From: Octopus vulgaris
Lineage: Eukaryota
Direction of reading: 5' to 3'
DNA: 64,000 bases
Assembly: GCA_951406725.2 (NCBI GenBank)
Contig: OX597830.1
Coordinates: 49,724,001-49,788,000 of the forward strand
Positions 12,687-27,028 of the stretch are shown here, piece by piece (position 1 is the stretch's first letter; each line of letters opens with the position of its first letter). The notes under the pieces were generated by a model that worked only from the letters and a program-made list of their open reading frames with translations, was not told the DNA's origin and made no database searches. The position numbers were made by a program, and so were the translations under genes.

Positions 12687-14073
12687 GCGCCGAAGATATA
12701 GGGATGACACTTGGCTTATTTATTATCTGAATAGTCATCCTGGAAACCGTCATCATTATGCGTATTTCTCGGTATAGTATGATTATGCGCAACAATATTA
12801 ATTACATTTATTAAAATTTCGCTATTCATAAATAAATTTACATTTAAATATATTTTCTTTACTTATATCATTTATTTAACTTCTGAATATTTTTTCCATT
12901 TTTTGATCAAATATAATTTTCACTCTAAAACTCTTTTATTATTCCTACCTGAATGTGCAGACTTGTCTATTAATTAATTGTGCGGTGAAGTGGCGAAGGT
13001 AATTAAGATGTTGGATAAGAATCTAGATGTTATTTACTAGCAGCGAGCTGAGTTCGAGTTGCGCAATGATCGATTTGGGACGTTGATAGAAAGAATAATG
13101 TCCTGTGTTTGGAGTTGGTTCACAGAGGTGAACTTGTGATGCAAAGGTCAAGCCTTATCAAAATGTGTCGCCTTTATTTGATCATAGAATTACATGAATT
13201 ATGTAAATGTCTGAGGAATACTCGGTCATTAATATGTCCATTGCATAAACAAAAATCCGTCAAAATCGGCAGAGAATCCACCTTGTATATATGTTAATAA
13301 CATTTGTTTTTATTGTGTAACCAGACGATGAATAATGTATGGAAAGCCAGCTTCTTCGAATGGGTGTCAGTTTCTACTTCTATAATTTATTTTATAATCT
13401 ATCATAAATCATCCACATTGGGATCAATAACATAACTGGTTCTATGCTTAAATCATATCAGTCGCGTGTTTACTACATGTATGTTGGCGAGATTGACAAC
13501 CGGATTCCTGTACAACATGGCTGTAATACATACCACATATACGTGTTTTCAGAGCACTACAATTAGTTATACTGTATCTGAAATAAAGCCTGATGGTCAT
13601 GGATGGAATATATCACGTTTGACATTAGCCTAAACAACAAAATCTTTCGAACGAGGCCTGACGTAAAAGATAGGTTTGAATAATGAACTCAATCAAGAAT
13701 CGTGAACGAGAGGCGTAGAAAGAGCGAAATCACTCCAGAGAGGCTCGGGTGTGAAGAGGAAGCACAATGACGTCATTAGTTTGAAGTTTCTAGTTGTAAT
13801 ATTGTGAGGTGTTATATTATGTCTTTGTTATAGGCCTGCTGTTAAAGACGTTCAGTAATTTTCTTAACGATAATGTCATTAAGTGGTTAGTAATGACACA
13901 GACAATTATTCACTCATTTCAAACAGTGTAGGAGTGGCTAAGCTTGTTTCCCAACCATGTGGATCCGAGTTCAGTCCCACTGCGTGGCCTCATGGGTATC
14001 TTCTACTATAGCGTCGAACTGACCAAAGCATTGTGGGTGGATTTAGTAGACGGAAGCTGAAAGAAACCTGTCG

Positions 14074-14156
<83 letters not shown>

Positions 14157-14240
14157 TTTTAATTTTATTTCAGTTATTTGATTGCGGCCATGCTGGAGCA
14201 CCACCTTTAGTCGAACAAATCGACCCCGTATATATATATA

Positions 14241-14472
14241 TGATGAGTACCCATTAGTAACCGGAAACGGAAACGTCCTCGGTGGGGTAAGCCCTTGTAG
14301 TTCAAGTTTCTGCGGCTAGAAGTCACTCAATGCGATCCTCAAGTATCAGTCTGCCGACAGGCGTCATTTGCTGAGGTCGCACTGTCACGTGGTGCGTCTT
14401 TGTTTTGCAGTACTTCTCCCTTGTTCGTCGATTAGTGCGATGGATGAAACGAAGGGACAGCGTGCTTCCGAG
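14241..14472 (+). ncRNA. Possible circularly permuted hammerhead-containing monomer (retrozyme-like)
   Basis: Begins TGATGA right after (TA)n; GAAACGTC-CTCGG at 14270-14282; complementary CCGAG at 14468-14472; internal hairpins. Stem II is poor. Confidence 0.4.
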
Positions 14473-15648
14473 AAATTCTGTTTTTTGCTGGGGGGTGGGG
14501 GAGCGGCGGCCGAAACAGTTGTCATGCTTCAAACAGTTTGAATACTGGGGATGATTCGTTCCACTAAAATTTCAGAGAGGCGGTGTCCCACATTGGCCGC
14601 AATCTCATGGTGGGGTCAAGTAAAAAATACAAAAGTAACTAACGATGTCTCTGCTCTCTCTATCCATCCACCCACCATGTGATAAGAAACCTTACTATGC
14701 CAGTCTTCAAGACAACGTTATCGCCGCCAAATAAAAGGCAAACAAACAACCTGATGAAGAGCAAACAGGTAATGGCCATACGTTCGAAGTCACTGATACT
14801 GTTCTCTTTTATTCCACTATACAACACCTCATTCAATGAAACTCCAACCCAACAAACTATGAAGAATAAATATACCAGATCTTAGAATATTAGCTTTCTT
14901 GAAGGATTACTTTCTCCATACTTACCACACCTATGATAGAGGATCTAAGCACTAATCCGTGAATGATCCCACATCACCTAGGATACTCTACATCTAATGT
15001 AACATTCAACATTACACTTCTCTTCCTTAGATGTATTGAACAGTCGGATTTTATATCGATAGGTTTTCTTCTTTCCATAGCTACCCCGGCAGTGTTTTGC
15101 AGATATGTGGTACCACAAAATGAAAATTACAGTTATTTGGATGCGGTGAGTAATGGACACGACAATGGCGCTTTAGTAATTCCCTTATTTCATCTGGTAG
15201 TTGTAAGGTCAACGTGATATCCATGGTTAATCAGAAATAGCAATAACAGGGTTTCCAAGATGCCTATTAATTGTCAGTCGTGTGTAAAATATCCTTTCAC
15301 AAAAGACGATAGATATACTTATACTGTGTGTGTGTATACATATACATTTACATACATATATACATACATACATAAATACATACATAAATACATACATGCA
15401 TACATGCATGCATACATACATACACATATATGTACACATAATAACATGTAAGTATAAAGTATATATGAATATATGTGCATGTATGCGTGAGTATATAAGA
15501 TATATATCATATGTGCATATATATATATATATATATACATACATACATACATACATACATACACACACATATATATATGTATATACATAAATATATGCAT
15601 GAATACATGTACACACACGTATGCACACACACATATATGTAAGGTAAG

Positions 15649-15692
<44 letters not shown>

Positions 15693-15710
15693 TACATACA
15701 TACATACATT

Positions 15711-15744
<34 letters not shown>

Positions 15745-16393
15745 CATATATTTGTATGTGTAGATATATATGTATTTATCTATATATGTGTGTCTGTGTA
15801 TGTCCATGTGTGTGTTTGCGTGTGTGACACGGAGAGATAGGAAGAGAGAAAATAGAGAAAGAGGAAGAGAGAGGAAGAGGGAAAAGAGAGAAAGAGGAAG
15901 AGAGGGAAGAAGAGATAGAGAGGAAGAGAGAGAGAGAAAGACTGTGAGATGAACTGAAATATGTAGATAGTGTTGCCATTCGCGAATAAGAATGAGAAGG
16001 AATATCTACACCAGTATATAGGAAACATTTTCATTTACAACGAAAATTTCTTTCAGTCAGTGCAATGAATGAAAAGCATTAAAGAAATGCTTCTTCTTTG
16101 TTTTCTCTCTTTCTTTTTCCCTTGTTTGTTAGTTTCTTTCTTTCTCTTTTTCTTTTATCCTTTCTCTCTCTTAATTATCGGTTTCTTTATCCAGATCCAC
16201 TTCAGCCCTGTTAGAGATGAATTACTGTCTATACAACGCATAATATCGTTATCCTCCCAGTGGGGAAACATTGTGAAAGGATATGAAGGAGCGCCGCTGG
16301 GTCTAACACAAATGGCGGAATGGAATCCACGAAACGCCTCTATACTTCGAAATTATAAATAACTGTGTGAGTGTGGTTGTGTGTTTTGTGTGT

Positions 16394-16427
<34 letters not shown>

Positions 16428-16439
16428 TGTACATATAAG

Positions 16440-16641
16440 AGGGGGTGCAGAGAACAAGGACAGACAAACGGATTAAGTCGATTATATCGACCCCATTACG
16501 TAACTGGTACTTAATCTATCGACCCCGAAAGGATGAAGGGCAAAGTCGACCTCGGCGGAATTTGAACTCAGAACGTAACGGCAGACGAAATACGGCTACG
16601 CATTTCGCCCGGTGTGCTAACGTTTCTGCCAGCTCGCCACC
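16440..16641 (-). mobile_element. SINE family B
   Basis: Reverse complement of the 39155-39372 copy. Confidence 0.88.
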
Positions 16642-16676
16642 TTACCACTGTTTTTCATGTCAACATATCAAAAAAG

Positions 16677-16870
16677 GAGGGCGAGCTAGCAGAACCGTTA
16701 GCACGCCGGCCACAATCTCGTCCGTCTTTTCGTTCAGAGTTCAAATACTGCCGCGATCCACTTTGCCTCTCATCCTTTCGGGGTCGATAAAATAAGTACC
16801 AGCTGAATATTAGTGTCGACGTTAACGACTTAGCCTCTCCCCCGAAATTGCTGGCCTTGTGCCAAATATC
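16677..16870 (+). mobile_element. SINE family B (older variant)
   Basis: gggcgagctagcagaaccgttagcacgccgg head and catcctttcggggtcgataaaataagtaccag core. Confidence 0.8.
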
Positions 16871-16879
16871 AATATACCA

Positions 16880-17830
16880 AATTCCTTCCAAAATTTTTCT
16901 TCATTCATATTTGTTTTACTCTGACTCCATAATCTCTCTGTGTTTGTCAATCTGCGCTTCACTTATTTCTATTGTTTTCCTTTCGTAATCTAACATAACA
17001 GTGTTTTCTTTTTCATTATTAATATTCGATATTTTGAATCTGTTTAGACGCATTTTTTTCAACTCCATATAATTCTTCTAGAAGACTCGTATAATCTCTT
17101 GTCATTTGTCGGGTTGTTTTTCTTTATTGACTGCATACAGCTTGAGGTCATCCATATACAAAGATGGTTGACTGACCTCCCATAACATTTATATTCGAGT
17201 AAAGTATGGTTTCGTTTCGTATGTTAATTGTTTCCAAACAAAAGATGATTTAAGTACCGTGTCCCTTCGGGAATAATCCACTTCTAATAGAGAAAATGGC
17301 TACCTTTTATAATTTCTTCGTTTGTCTGTAACTTCAGCAATGTTAACTATTTAACGATGATGTGGCTCATGTTTCTGCTTATTGTTAATCCTATGCTAAT
17401 CCTACTTATGTCATGACTAATAGTTTTTGGACTTATCTGTAGGGGAGACTATCAAATGCCATCTAACAACCATCTGTTGGGAATCCAGTCAAATGCCATC
17501 TACTTGTCAAACGATACTAGCTCAAAAAAAAAAGAACTGATCCGTTCTATAGTCTTCAACTAGGCTTCGTTGATCAGCATTACATAGTTTACAGCCTTCT
17601 GAGCTTTTGCGATATCCATTATGTTCTACTGGATGTAAAGTCTTCTACATCATTTGCCAGTGACGTTGAAAGGATTTTATTAAGTTATTGATGAAAATCG
17701 CTTTGGGTTCGAAGTAAATCAATTTCTGTCAGAATATAAGACATTTTCGTATTTTATATTGAATTCTTTGTGACATGGCAATAATCTAAGTGTTCTTTAA
17801 TAACCAGTACTTATTTTATACAGTAATAAC
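16880..17830 (-). mobile_element. Decayed reverse transcriptase fragment of an R4-like LINE
   Basis: Minus strand at ~17130-17175 reads VNHL / LYMDDLKLYA across a frameshift (YxDD motif); boundaries approximate. Confidence 0.65.
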
Positions 17831-17877
17831 AATGACAACTGTCTAATTTTTAATATTAATAATAATCATCAACAGAT

Positions 17878-18094
17878 TGTGTGTCTGTGTTCATCCCCCC
17901 CAACATCGCTTGACAACCGATGCTGGTGTGTTTACGTCCCCGTAACTTAGCGGTTCGGCAAAAGAGACCGACAGAATAGGTACTAGGCTTACAAAGAATA
18001 AGTCTTGGGGTCAATTTGCTCGACTAAAGGCGTTGCTCCGGCCTGGCCGCAGTCAAATGACTGAAACAAGTAAAAGAGTAAAAGAGAGTAAAGA

Positions 18095-18154
<60 letters not shown>

Positions 18155-18161
18155 AAGAAGA

Positions 18162-18223
<62 letters not shown>
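17878..18223 (+). mobile_element. SINE family A 3' half followed by an expanded (TAG)n tail
   Basis: Homology to the 3' half of 8453-8866; (agt)n at ~18096-18223. Confidence 0.85.
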
Positions 18224-18597
18224 ATGTGATGCATCCCACAACTTTTGAGATCTAGGAACCTTCTTAAAGAGGCTTTCCAAAGAATGAGGAACTTCAACTA
18301 GATACCCAGTATCTTCTGCCAACTATTGCAAATTGAAAATATTTGTATCACAACTGAGATAACGATGTCGGTAGTTCCTGATTCACTGAATTTCGTTTTT
18401 CAGCTCTTAATATTTTTCTATTTTCATACAGTCTTTGTCTTCCATTGTTGTGTCAAATATTATTATTATTATCATTGTTGTTATTTAATTGTTAATTAAT
18501 GCAGTCGGTTAGCACATATAAAACATGCGTTCATTATCCTGTCTTGATATGTGTGTGTTGTGCACATAGCTGTATATGTATATACATGTTGATTCGC

Positions 18598-18911
<314 letters not shown>

Positions 18912-18917
18912 TGTGTT

Positions 18918-19205
18918 GAAGCACATGGCCTAGTGGTTAGAGCAGCAGACTCGCGGTCGAAGGATCGCGGGTTCGAATCTCAAACCGGGCCATGTGTGTG
19001 TTTATGAGTGAAAACAAATAAGCTCCACGCGGCTCCGGCAGAAGGTAGTGGTGAGCGTCTGCTGACTCTTTCGCCACAACCTTCCCTCACTCTTTCCTCA
19101 TCTGCGACAGACCGGCGTCCCGTCCTGGTGGGGAACTTATACGCTAAGGAAATCAGGAAACTGGCCCTTATGAGCCAGGGATGGCTCGAGAAGGAACAAA
19201 CAAAA
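18918..19205 (+). mobile_element. SINE family C, tail variant 1 (tRNA-derived head)
   Basis: A-box tggcctagtggtt, B-box gggttcgaatc; head and middle shared with 20198-20579 but the 3' part differs. Confidence 0.8.
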
Positions 19206-19420
19206 CATAACATATCTATCAATGTTTATGTACGTGTGTATATATGTGTGTATATATGTGTCTATGCATATGGTTTAAAGGCAATAAATTTTAAAAAAGA
19301 GCAAGAGTATAAAAAGTTTCACAAATATATTAGTCTCACGTTTCAATGGAAACTGAGCGTGTCTCAACGTTTCGGATATCGGAAAAGTATCAGAGAAACA
19401 TAAAAAAGAGTAAAAATACA

Positions 19421-19836
19421 CGTGGCTGTGTGGTAAGTAGCTTGCTAACCAACCACATGGTTCCGGGTTCAGTCCCACTGCCTGGCACCTTGGGCAAGTG
19501 TCTTCTGCTATAGCCCCGGGCCGACCAATGCCTTGTGAGTGGATTTGGTACACGGAAACTGAAAGAAGCCTGTCGTATATATGTATATATATATGTATGT
19601 GTGTGTGTCTGTGTTTGTGTGTCTGTGTTTGTCTCCCTAGCATTGCTTGACAACCGATGCTGGTGTGTTTATGTCCCCGTCACTTAGCGGTTCGGCAAAA
19701 AAAAAGAGACTGATAGAATAAGTACTGGGCTTACAAAGAATAAGTCCCGGGGTCGATTTCCTCGACTAAAGGCGGCGCTCCAGCATGGCCGCAGTCAAAT
19801 GACTGAAACAAGTAAAAGAGTAAAAGAGTAAAGAGT
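19421..19836 (+). mobile_element. SINE family A
   Basis: Near-identical to 8453-8866. Confidence 0.9.
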
Positions 19837-20197
19837 ATATATAACAGACAAAATGTATGCAGGTAATATAGGTAAAGAATAGAAACCAGGAGGAATGCTG
19901 TGTTACCGGGGAGTGAAGTGATTGGTATGTAAATGCATCATGTATGTACTAAAGTGTTTCTATATTTGAAAACGGGCACAAGTGATAGAGTGGTGTGGGT
20001 GTGTTTGTGTGATATATGTAATGGACGTGCCTAAGAGTGGAAGAGTGAGCGCTCGTGATTTGTGGGGTCAGGGTGTGTTGTGGCTTGTGTATGTGTTTGT
20101 ACGTGTAACTGTTAGACTGGTGGTATAAAAAAACCGCGCATATAAGGAGGTGAGTGAGTTTGTGGGTTAAAATGCGAAAGAAGATCAAGGGGTGACT

Positions 20198-20579
20198 GGA
20201 AGCACTCCGTCGGTCACGACGATGAGGGTTCCGGTTGATCCGAATCAACGGAACAGCCTGCTCGTGAAATTAACGTGTAAGTGGCTGAGCACTTCACAGA
20301 CACGTGTACCCTTAACGTAGTTCTCGGGGATATTCAGCGTGACACAGAGAGTGACAAGGCCGGCCCTTTGAAATACAGGTACAACAGAAACAGGAAGTAA
20401 GAGTGAGAGAAAGTTGTGGTGAAAGAGTACAGCAGGGATCACCACCATCCCCTGCCGGAGCCTTGTGGAGTTTTAGGTGTTTTCGCTCAATAAACACTCA
20501 CAACACCCGGTCTGGGAATCGAAACCGCGATCCTATGACCGCGAGTCCGCTGCCCTAACCACTGGGCCATTGCGCCTCC
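20198..20579 (-). mobile_element. SINE family C, tail variant 2, full length with 11-bp TSD
   Basis: ggaggcgcaatggcccagtggttagggcagcggactcgcgg head, ggtttcgattccc B-box; TSD aaggggtgact at 20187-20197 and 20582-20592. Probably one of the octopus OR-type SINEs (from memory, unverified). Confidence 0.88.
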
Positions 20580-21262
20580 AGAAGGGGTGACTAGTGCAAC
20601 GAGGAAAGAAACAGCTGTGCGAATGCACGTACAAAAGCAAGCAGCGATAAGAAAAGTATGTTCTGACTTGCAGGGAGTTTTATGCTAAATTTTGAAAATG
20701 AAAGAAAAATGTTTCAGTTCTGTGATAAGAAAAAGAAAAAGTCATACCAAGGAGAAGACATTGGCAACAAGAATTTCTTTGTTTACAAAACTTGTTAAAG
20801 GGCAACTTGAACCGTAACTGCATTAAATTTATCAACATTATTTTCTATATTTCAGGCTGCAACGGGCTGAAAATATTAAAAGGAATACACCCTTTGACTC
20901 GTGTACAACTGGAGGAAATAATATTACATCATACGCTACGGCACACACTCACATATGTGCATGTATATATGAATGTGCATATCTATGTATGAATGTATGT
21001 GTGTATGTATATATATATATATCTGTATGCATGAATGAACGTGTGCTTATATATGCATATCTATGTTTATATATGCATACAGATATATATAGTATATAAT
21101 ATATATATATTATATCATATTTTATACATATTATGTGTCTATGTATGAATATATATATATCCCATATATATAAATTTGTATGATTTTACGATATATAATA
21201 TTATAAATATATATATGTGTGTGTATGTACATATGTATATATATACATAATACATGTGTATG

Positions 21263-21309
<47 letters not shown>

Positions 21310-21325
21310 GTACATATATATATAC

Positions 21326-21382
<57 letters not shown>

Positions 21383-22198
21383 ACTATGTATGTAAGTATG
21401 TATGTATGTATGTATGTATGTATGTATGTATGTATGTATGTATGCATGTATGTGTATATATATTAAAGATGTGTGCATAAGCTGTATGAAATCAAATGAA
21501 ATGTGCTTAACTAAACGTTTCACGGGCAATAACATCTGTCAAAATTATAACCTGTCTGTCAAATAGCTTTTGTAAAAACTTCTCAGCGTTTTCAATAAAG
21601 GTTTTAAAATGTCGCTTTATCAGAGAGCGATGTTTGAATATTAGCATAACCTAAGGTAGGAAAGTTTTATAATAAAGCTGTCGCCATTTTTAATTCCTAT
21701 TCGAGCTCTCGCTATCTACCTCTTACTCTTCCTTCATCCCTCTGTCTCTCCCACCGTCCCTCTCTCTCTTTCTCCCTCCTTCCATCTCTCTTTTTCTCTC
21801 TCCATCTCTCTTGTTTCTTCCCGCTTTTGTCTATTTCTCAGTTTCTCAATCAAATTATGTAACTTTCTTTACGTTCAAATACCATATAGTAAGATGCACA
21901 CACGCACGCACGCACACATACACACTCACAAAACGCATACGCATGCACATAAACACACAAACACACACACACACACAAATATATATATATATATATATGC
22001 ATATGTATATGCTAAGTGCATTCGTGCTTATGCTTGTGTCGGGATATATGTGTACGTATTTAGTCTTATAGTTACATATACATAATTCTGTGCATGTACC
22101 ATCTTATACATAGATAATAATCACACACATAAACCCCCACAGTTATACGAACAAACAGTAACACGCACATGCACACACACATATTTGTGTAAATATGT

Positions 22199-22235
<37 letters not shown>

Positions 22236-22262
22236 TATATATATATATATATATAAATATGT

Positions 22263-22298
<36 letters not shown>

Positions 22299-22490
22299 GA
22301 GTGGGTGTGCCTGTATGTGTGTGTGCATGCATTTATGTATATAAAGACTTAGATGTATACTCACAGAAATTCAATACCCTGTGCATTATGTCTATAGTGA
22401 TATGTAGGAATCAAACGACAGGCCTTTATTAGAATCAATTGCTCTTTAATTTTCAAACACTCGTCATATATGTATTATGTATACACATAC

Positions 22491-22530
<40 letters not shown>

Positions 22531-22733
22531 CAAACAGACTCAAAGACTTACACACACGTACGCTCACGCACACACATACACGCACATACGTAATTCCAAC
22601 ACATCAATCAGTAATTTTGATAACACACCGCACACAGATATACACACGTATATATACAGCCAATTATGTGTAACCGTTTATAGGACTGATTGTGTGTGTA
22701 TGTGTGTGTGTGTGTATGTGTGTGTATGTGTGT

Positions 22734-22771
<38 letters not shown>

Positions 22772-23317
22772 GTGTGTGTGTGTGCATTTATATGGTGTGT
22801 AATGAGATAGAGAAAAATTGTGGGAGAGCGTCTCGCTTAGCGCTTTAATGTATAGAGACATCAAAACATTACGCTACACATGGTTTTTTAATAAAATCTG
22901 AAACTAATGGTTGATATATGCGTCCATCAATTTGACCAACAATCGCTAGGATTTTCATTTTTCGGAAGAGATGTCTTTTGTATGTATCTGCATATACTTG
23001 GTGAAATATTATTTAGCTATCAATTTATTGGGATTCTCTATTGATTGGAATGTCTGCTGTTCTTCTTTCGTCTAAATTCTGGGTTTTCTTTTTTTTTGTT
23101 TTAGCTTGAATTTCTTTCAGTTTTGATTTGATTGTTCTATTGTAGTTTGGTTGCATTTTTATTTCAATTCTGTTGCAATGCTTGAGAAAATAGAATAATT
23201 TCAAGTAAAAACAGAAATTCGAATGAAACGTTTTAGTAGAGCTATGAATATTTACTGAGGGTTTTTTTTTTTAAAATAGTTTATTATATTATTTGATGTG
23301 ATATAGACAGTTAGTAG

Positions 23318-23445
23318 TGGAGGCGCAATGGCCCGGTGGATAGGGTAGCAGACTCGCGGTCGTAGGATCGTGGTTTCGATTCCCAGACCGGTCTTTGTGA
23401 GTGTTTATTGAGCGAAAACACCTAAAGCTTCACGATGCTTCGGCA
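23318..23445 (+). mobile_element. SINE family C 5' fragment
   Basis: Matches the head of 20198-20579. Confidence 0.8.
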
Positions 23446-23475
23446 TGGAAAATAACATGCAAACATACACAAACA

Positions 23476-23523
<48 letters not shown>

Positions 23524-23559
23524 TTATATATACAGATATAGATATAGATAGATAGATAG

Positions 23560-23622
<63 letters not shown>

Positions 23623-23684
23623 TGTGTGTGTGTGTGTGTGTTGTAGGTATATATGTGTATGTATGCTGGTTGATTTCAGCAGTA

Positions 23685-23904
23685 CAGAAATCCCTTCGCC
23701 ATATCACGGTTCACCTATTGCGGTTTATTATTTAAGATTCCATTCTTCCGTGGTGTTGTTTTGCATTAATAATAAAATAAATATATACAAATAATAAAAG
23801 ATTAGAAAATATATATACAGTACAGCACTGTTTCTACTTCGCGGATTTTCATCTATGACACAGGGTTTTGAGACGTAACACCCGCGAAAGTCGAAGCATT
23901 ACAG
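23685..23904. mobile_element. Old pogo/Tigger-like MITE
   Basis: TA on both sides; imperfect TIRs cagaaatcccttcgccatatcacgg versus reverse complement of cccgcgaaagtcgaagcattacag. Confidence 0.5.
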
Positions 23905-24594
23905 TATTTTCCTGCATGTGCTTATGTTTGTGCGTTCGTACATCCGTACTAAAAACATCATTATCTATTCCTGTAAATCTCTCATATCTCTGAATTATAT
24001 CATTGATTAATCGTAAACGAATAACCTGATTTATTTTAGGAATATATAAGTGAGTTTATTTGAAGTGTAGCACACTTCTGAATGGTGTGCTAGGCCGAGT
24101 ACCTCTTGTGAAGGATTTGGGGAAAAGCTTAGCATTAAAATGATTAGTAATGAATAATTGCATTACAGCAGAGCCCCATTATTTCTCTAGCGTAGGATGA
24201 AGTAAACTCAGCTGGTCTTACTGAAATTTAATGTGAATTAAGCATTTCAATTCGCTGTAACAAAAGGCTTTAGCATTTCCCTGGTATCAAATGTGGCACA
24301 CGTGTAGAATGAATTAATCTTAAACATAATACCACGCTAAAAGAGATATAGTGAACATTTTCTGTTCTGCTATGATATAAAAATTAGAAAAGTGCAATTG
24401 AAACTAGGACGCTGTATCGTGTATTTGAGTTGAAGAATGGCTTTTGAGAGTCGAATGTATTCAAAAGATTCGACTTTGGATTTATAGATGGGTTTTCGTT
24501 GATGCTGCAGAAGACTCCGTAGAACTGAGAAAATAGCATCAGTCATCAGGTGCAATGCACAATGAGATAAAATGAAACTAATGTTCACGATTGC

Positions 24595-24596
<2 letters not shown>

Positions 24597-24649
<53 letters not shown>

Positions 24650-24681
24650 TAATAATAATAGTAGTAGTAGTTGTAGTAGTA

Positions 24682-24725
<44 letters not shown>

Positions 24726-24756
24726 TGTTGTTGTTGTAGTAGTAGTAGTAGTAGTA

Positions 24757-24788
<32 letters not shown>

Positions 24789-24845
24789 AGCAGCAGTAGC
24801 AGTAGTAGTAGTAGAAGTAAAAATAATTAATAATAAATAATGTAA
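24597..24845. repeat. Compound (TAA)n(TAG)n(TTG)n microsatellite
   Basis: Direct reading. Confidence 0.95.
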
Positions 24846-24859
24846 TAAAAGTGGAAAAT

Positions 24860-26060
24860 GTGATGAAGAAAGGGAAAGTAGATTTATACTCAAGTGACAG
24901 ACCATTAGGGAAAGTTAATATCTAAAAAGGAATTTTCCAAGGAGATTCCTTATCCACTTTAATATTTCTCTCATGTTTAATCCCCCTCAGTATAGTATTA
25001 AGGAAGGCAAAGCGGGCTATCGGTTCAGAAATAGTAAAGGAAAAATTAACCATTTGCTCTACATTGATAATATGAAGCTTTTTAGTAAGAAAGAAAAAGA
25101 GATAAATTCCTAAATACAAAATGTAAGATTCTTCAGCAGAGATATAGTCATGGAATTTGACATAGGTAAGTGTGCAATATTAGTCATGAGAAGGGGATGG
25201 GTAGTCAACACGAAGGCATTCAATTACCAGATGGCCATAAATTAAAATTATTGAAAGTTATAAGTATCCAGGAGTATTATAATCTGACAGAGTACCAACA
25301 ATAGAAATGAAACCAAAAATTGAGGTGTACATCAGACGGGTGGGAAAGTTAAGGAAATCAAAGCTAAATGGACCGGATCTAGTGGTGACTGTAAATACTT
25401 GGACTGTCGGTACTTAGATACGCAGTAGCTTTTGTAGATTTGAAAAAAAATCTGAATTAGCAAAGCTGGACAGAAGAACTGGGAAGTAACTGAAAATGAA
25501 TGGAAGACTCCATCGAAGGTCAGGAGCAGCAAGATTATACTTACCTAGAAACGAAAGTGGTAGAGGGTTAATGTCAATTGAAGACTGCATGAGGTTAGCT
25601 AGAGCAGATATAGACTCCTATGTAGATAATAGTGAAGAAAGTTTATTAAGAGCGGTTAGATTCACAGCAGAACATTGGGAAATCAAAAAACCAAATTAAA
25701 TTAAAAACTACAAAACAGAAAAACAGTTATTTGACTGGTAAGAGAAGGCTTTGCATGGTAGATTCCCAAAGATAGTTGCAGGCAATAGCGATGAGACATG
25801 GTTATGGTTGCAGAAAGGAGAGCTGAAGAGGAAGACAAGAAGTTTGTTCGAACAGTAAAGGTCGTGTCTATAATAATAGAAGAGTAAACCAAGATACAGA
25901 CAAATGACTGAAGGATATTGAAATAGAATACCCGGTAGAGCTCTTACAGAAAGTTTGTCTCTCAGGAACAGCAAGAATTATCAGGAGCGTTCTAAGCACT
26001 TGAAAGACTGATGAAAACTTGTGGATACATAAGGTTACAGGTGGTAATCTGCTATCCACA
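24860..26060 (+). mobile_element. Decayed, internally deleted R4/Dong-like LINE (RT through C-terminus)
   Basis: GIFQGDSLS, INHLLYIDNMKLF, RLYLPRNESGRGLMSIED, KALHGRF, LQKVCLSGTARIIRSVL; begins next to a (TAA)n tract. Confidence 0.88.
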
Positions 26061-26635
26061 TAATTCCTTCCAGGAATAAGACCGAATTTGAACTCAGACG
26101 AAATGTAGCAAAGCATTTTGTAAAGAGCATGTCTCGTATACTGAATATTGCTGTAAAGAATGTGGATATATTGAATGTAGCTGTATTTGACGGGATTCTA
26201 ATGATTGTCGCTGTGCACAGTATTGCTCTATATATTTTGCAAGATTGAGCATAATGACATATAGTACAGTGTAGAGTAAAATTGAATGTAACTGATCTTG
26301 AATAAGAATGAAGCTGCATCCACAATGGCTTTAGTTTGTACAATGATATCATGAGTTTAGTACTGATTATGGAATGTATGGTGTGTAGACGAAATAATTC
26401 AAGTGGATTTGTAGTACGTGTTTAGCTCAGAGAGTAATGTATACGATTTTGTCTTAAAAATGATATTTTATGGGCCATTATAAAAATGTTGACTCATTAT
26501 TTTCAAGGATTATTGTATTTCTCTTTAAAACTAGTTTCATAATTTTATATCCTACTTTTTTCTTTTTATGAACACGTAACAGTTTTTGCAGAAGTTTTGA
26601 TCGGAAAAAAATTTCAGAAAAACAAATGTTGCCAT

Positions 26636-27028
26636 AAGCGACGGCACAGCTATGTTGTAAGAAGCTTGCTTCCCAAACACATGGTTCCGGGTTCGACGTC
26701 ACTGCGTGGCACTCTCTGATCGGTCGAAAACTTGTGAATGGATTTCATAGATGGAAACTGAATGAAACCTGACATATATATGCATATGTTTATGTATGTG
26801 TGTTTTTGCCTGTGTTTGTTCTCCTTCACCGCTTGACAGTCGATATTGGTGTGTTTACGTACCTGTAACTTCGCGGTTCGGCAAAGGGTTTGATAGCACA
26901 ATTACCATGTTTAAAAAAGAAGAAAAGGTATTGGGGTCGATTTATTCGACTAACAATTCTTTAAGGTGGTGCCGTAGTATGGCCGTTGTCTAATGACTGA
27001 AACAAATAAAAGATAAAAGATAAAAGAG
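26636..27028 (+). mobile_element. SINE family A (diverged)
   Basis: Colinear homology with 8453-8866. Confidence 0.8.

Noticed and set aside
18918-23445. tRNA genes
   Set aside because: A and B boxes continue into SINE bodies, and no complete cloverleaf with acceptor stem could be built.
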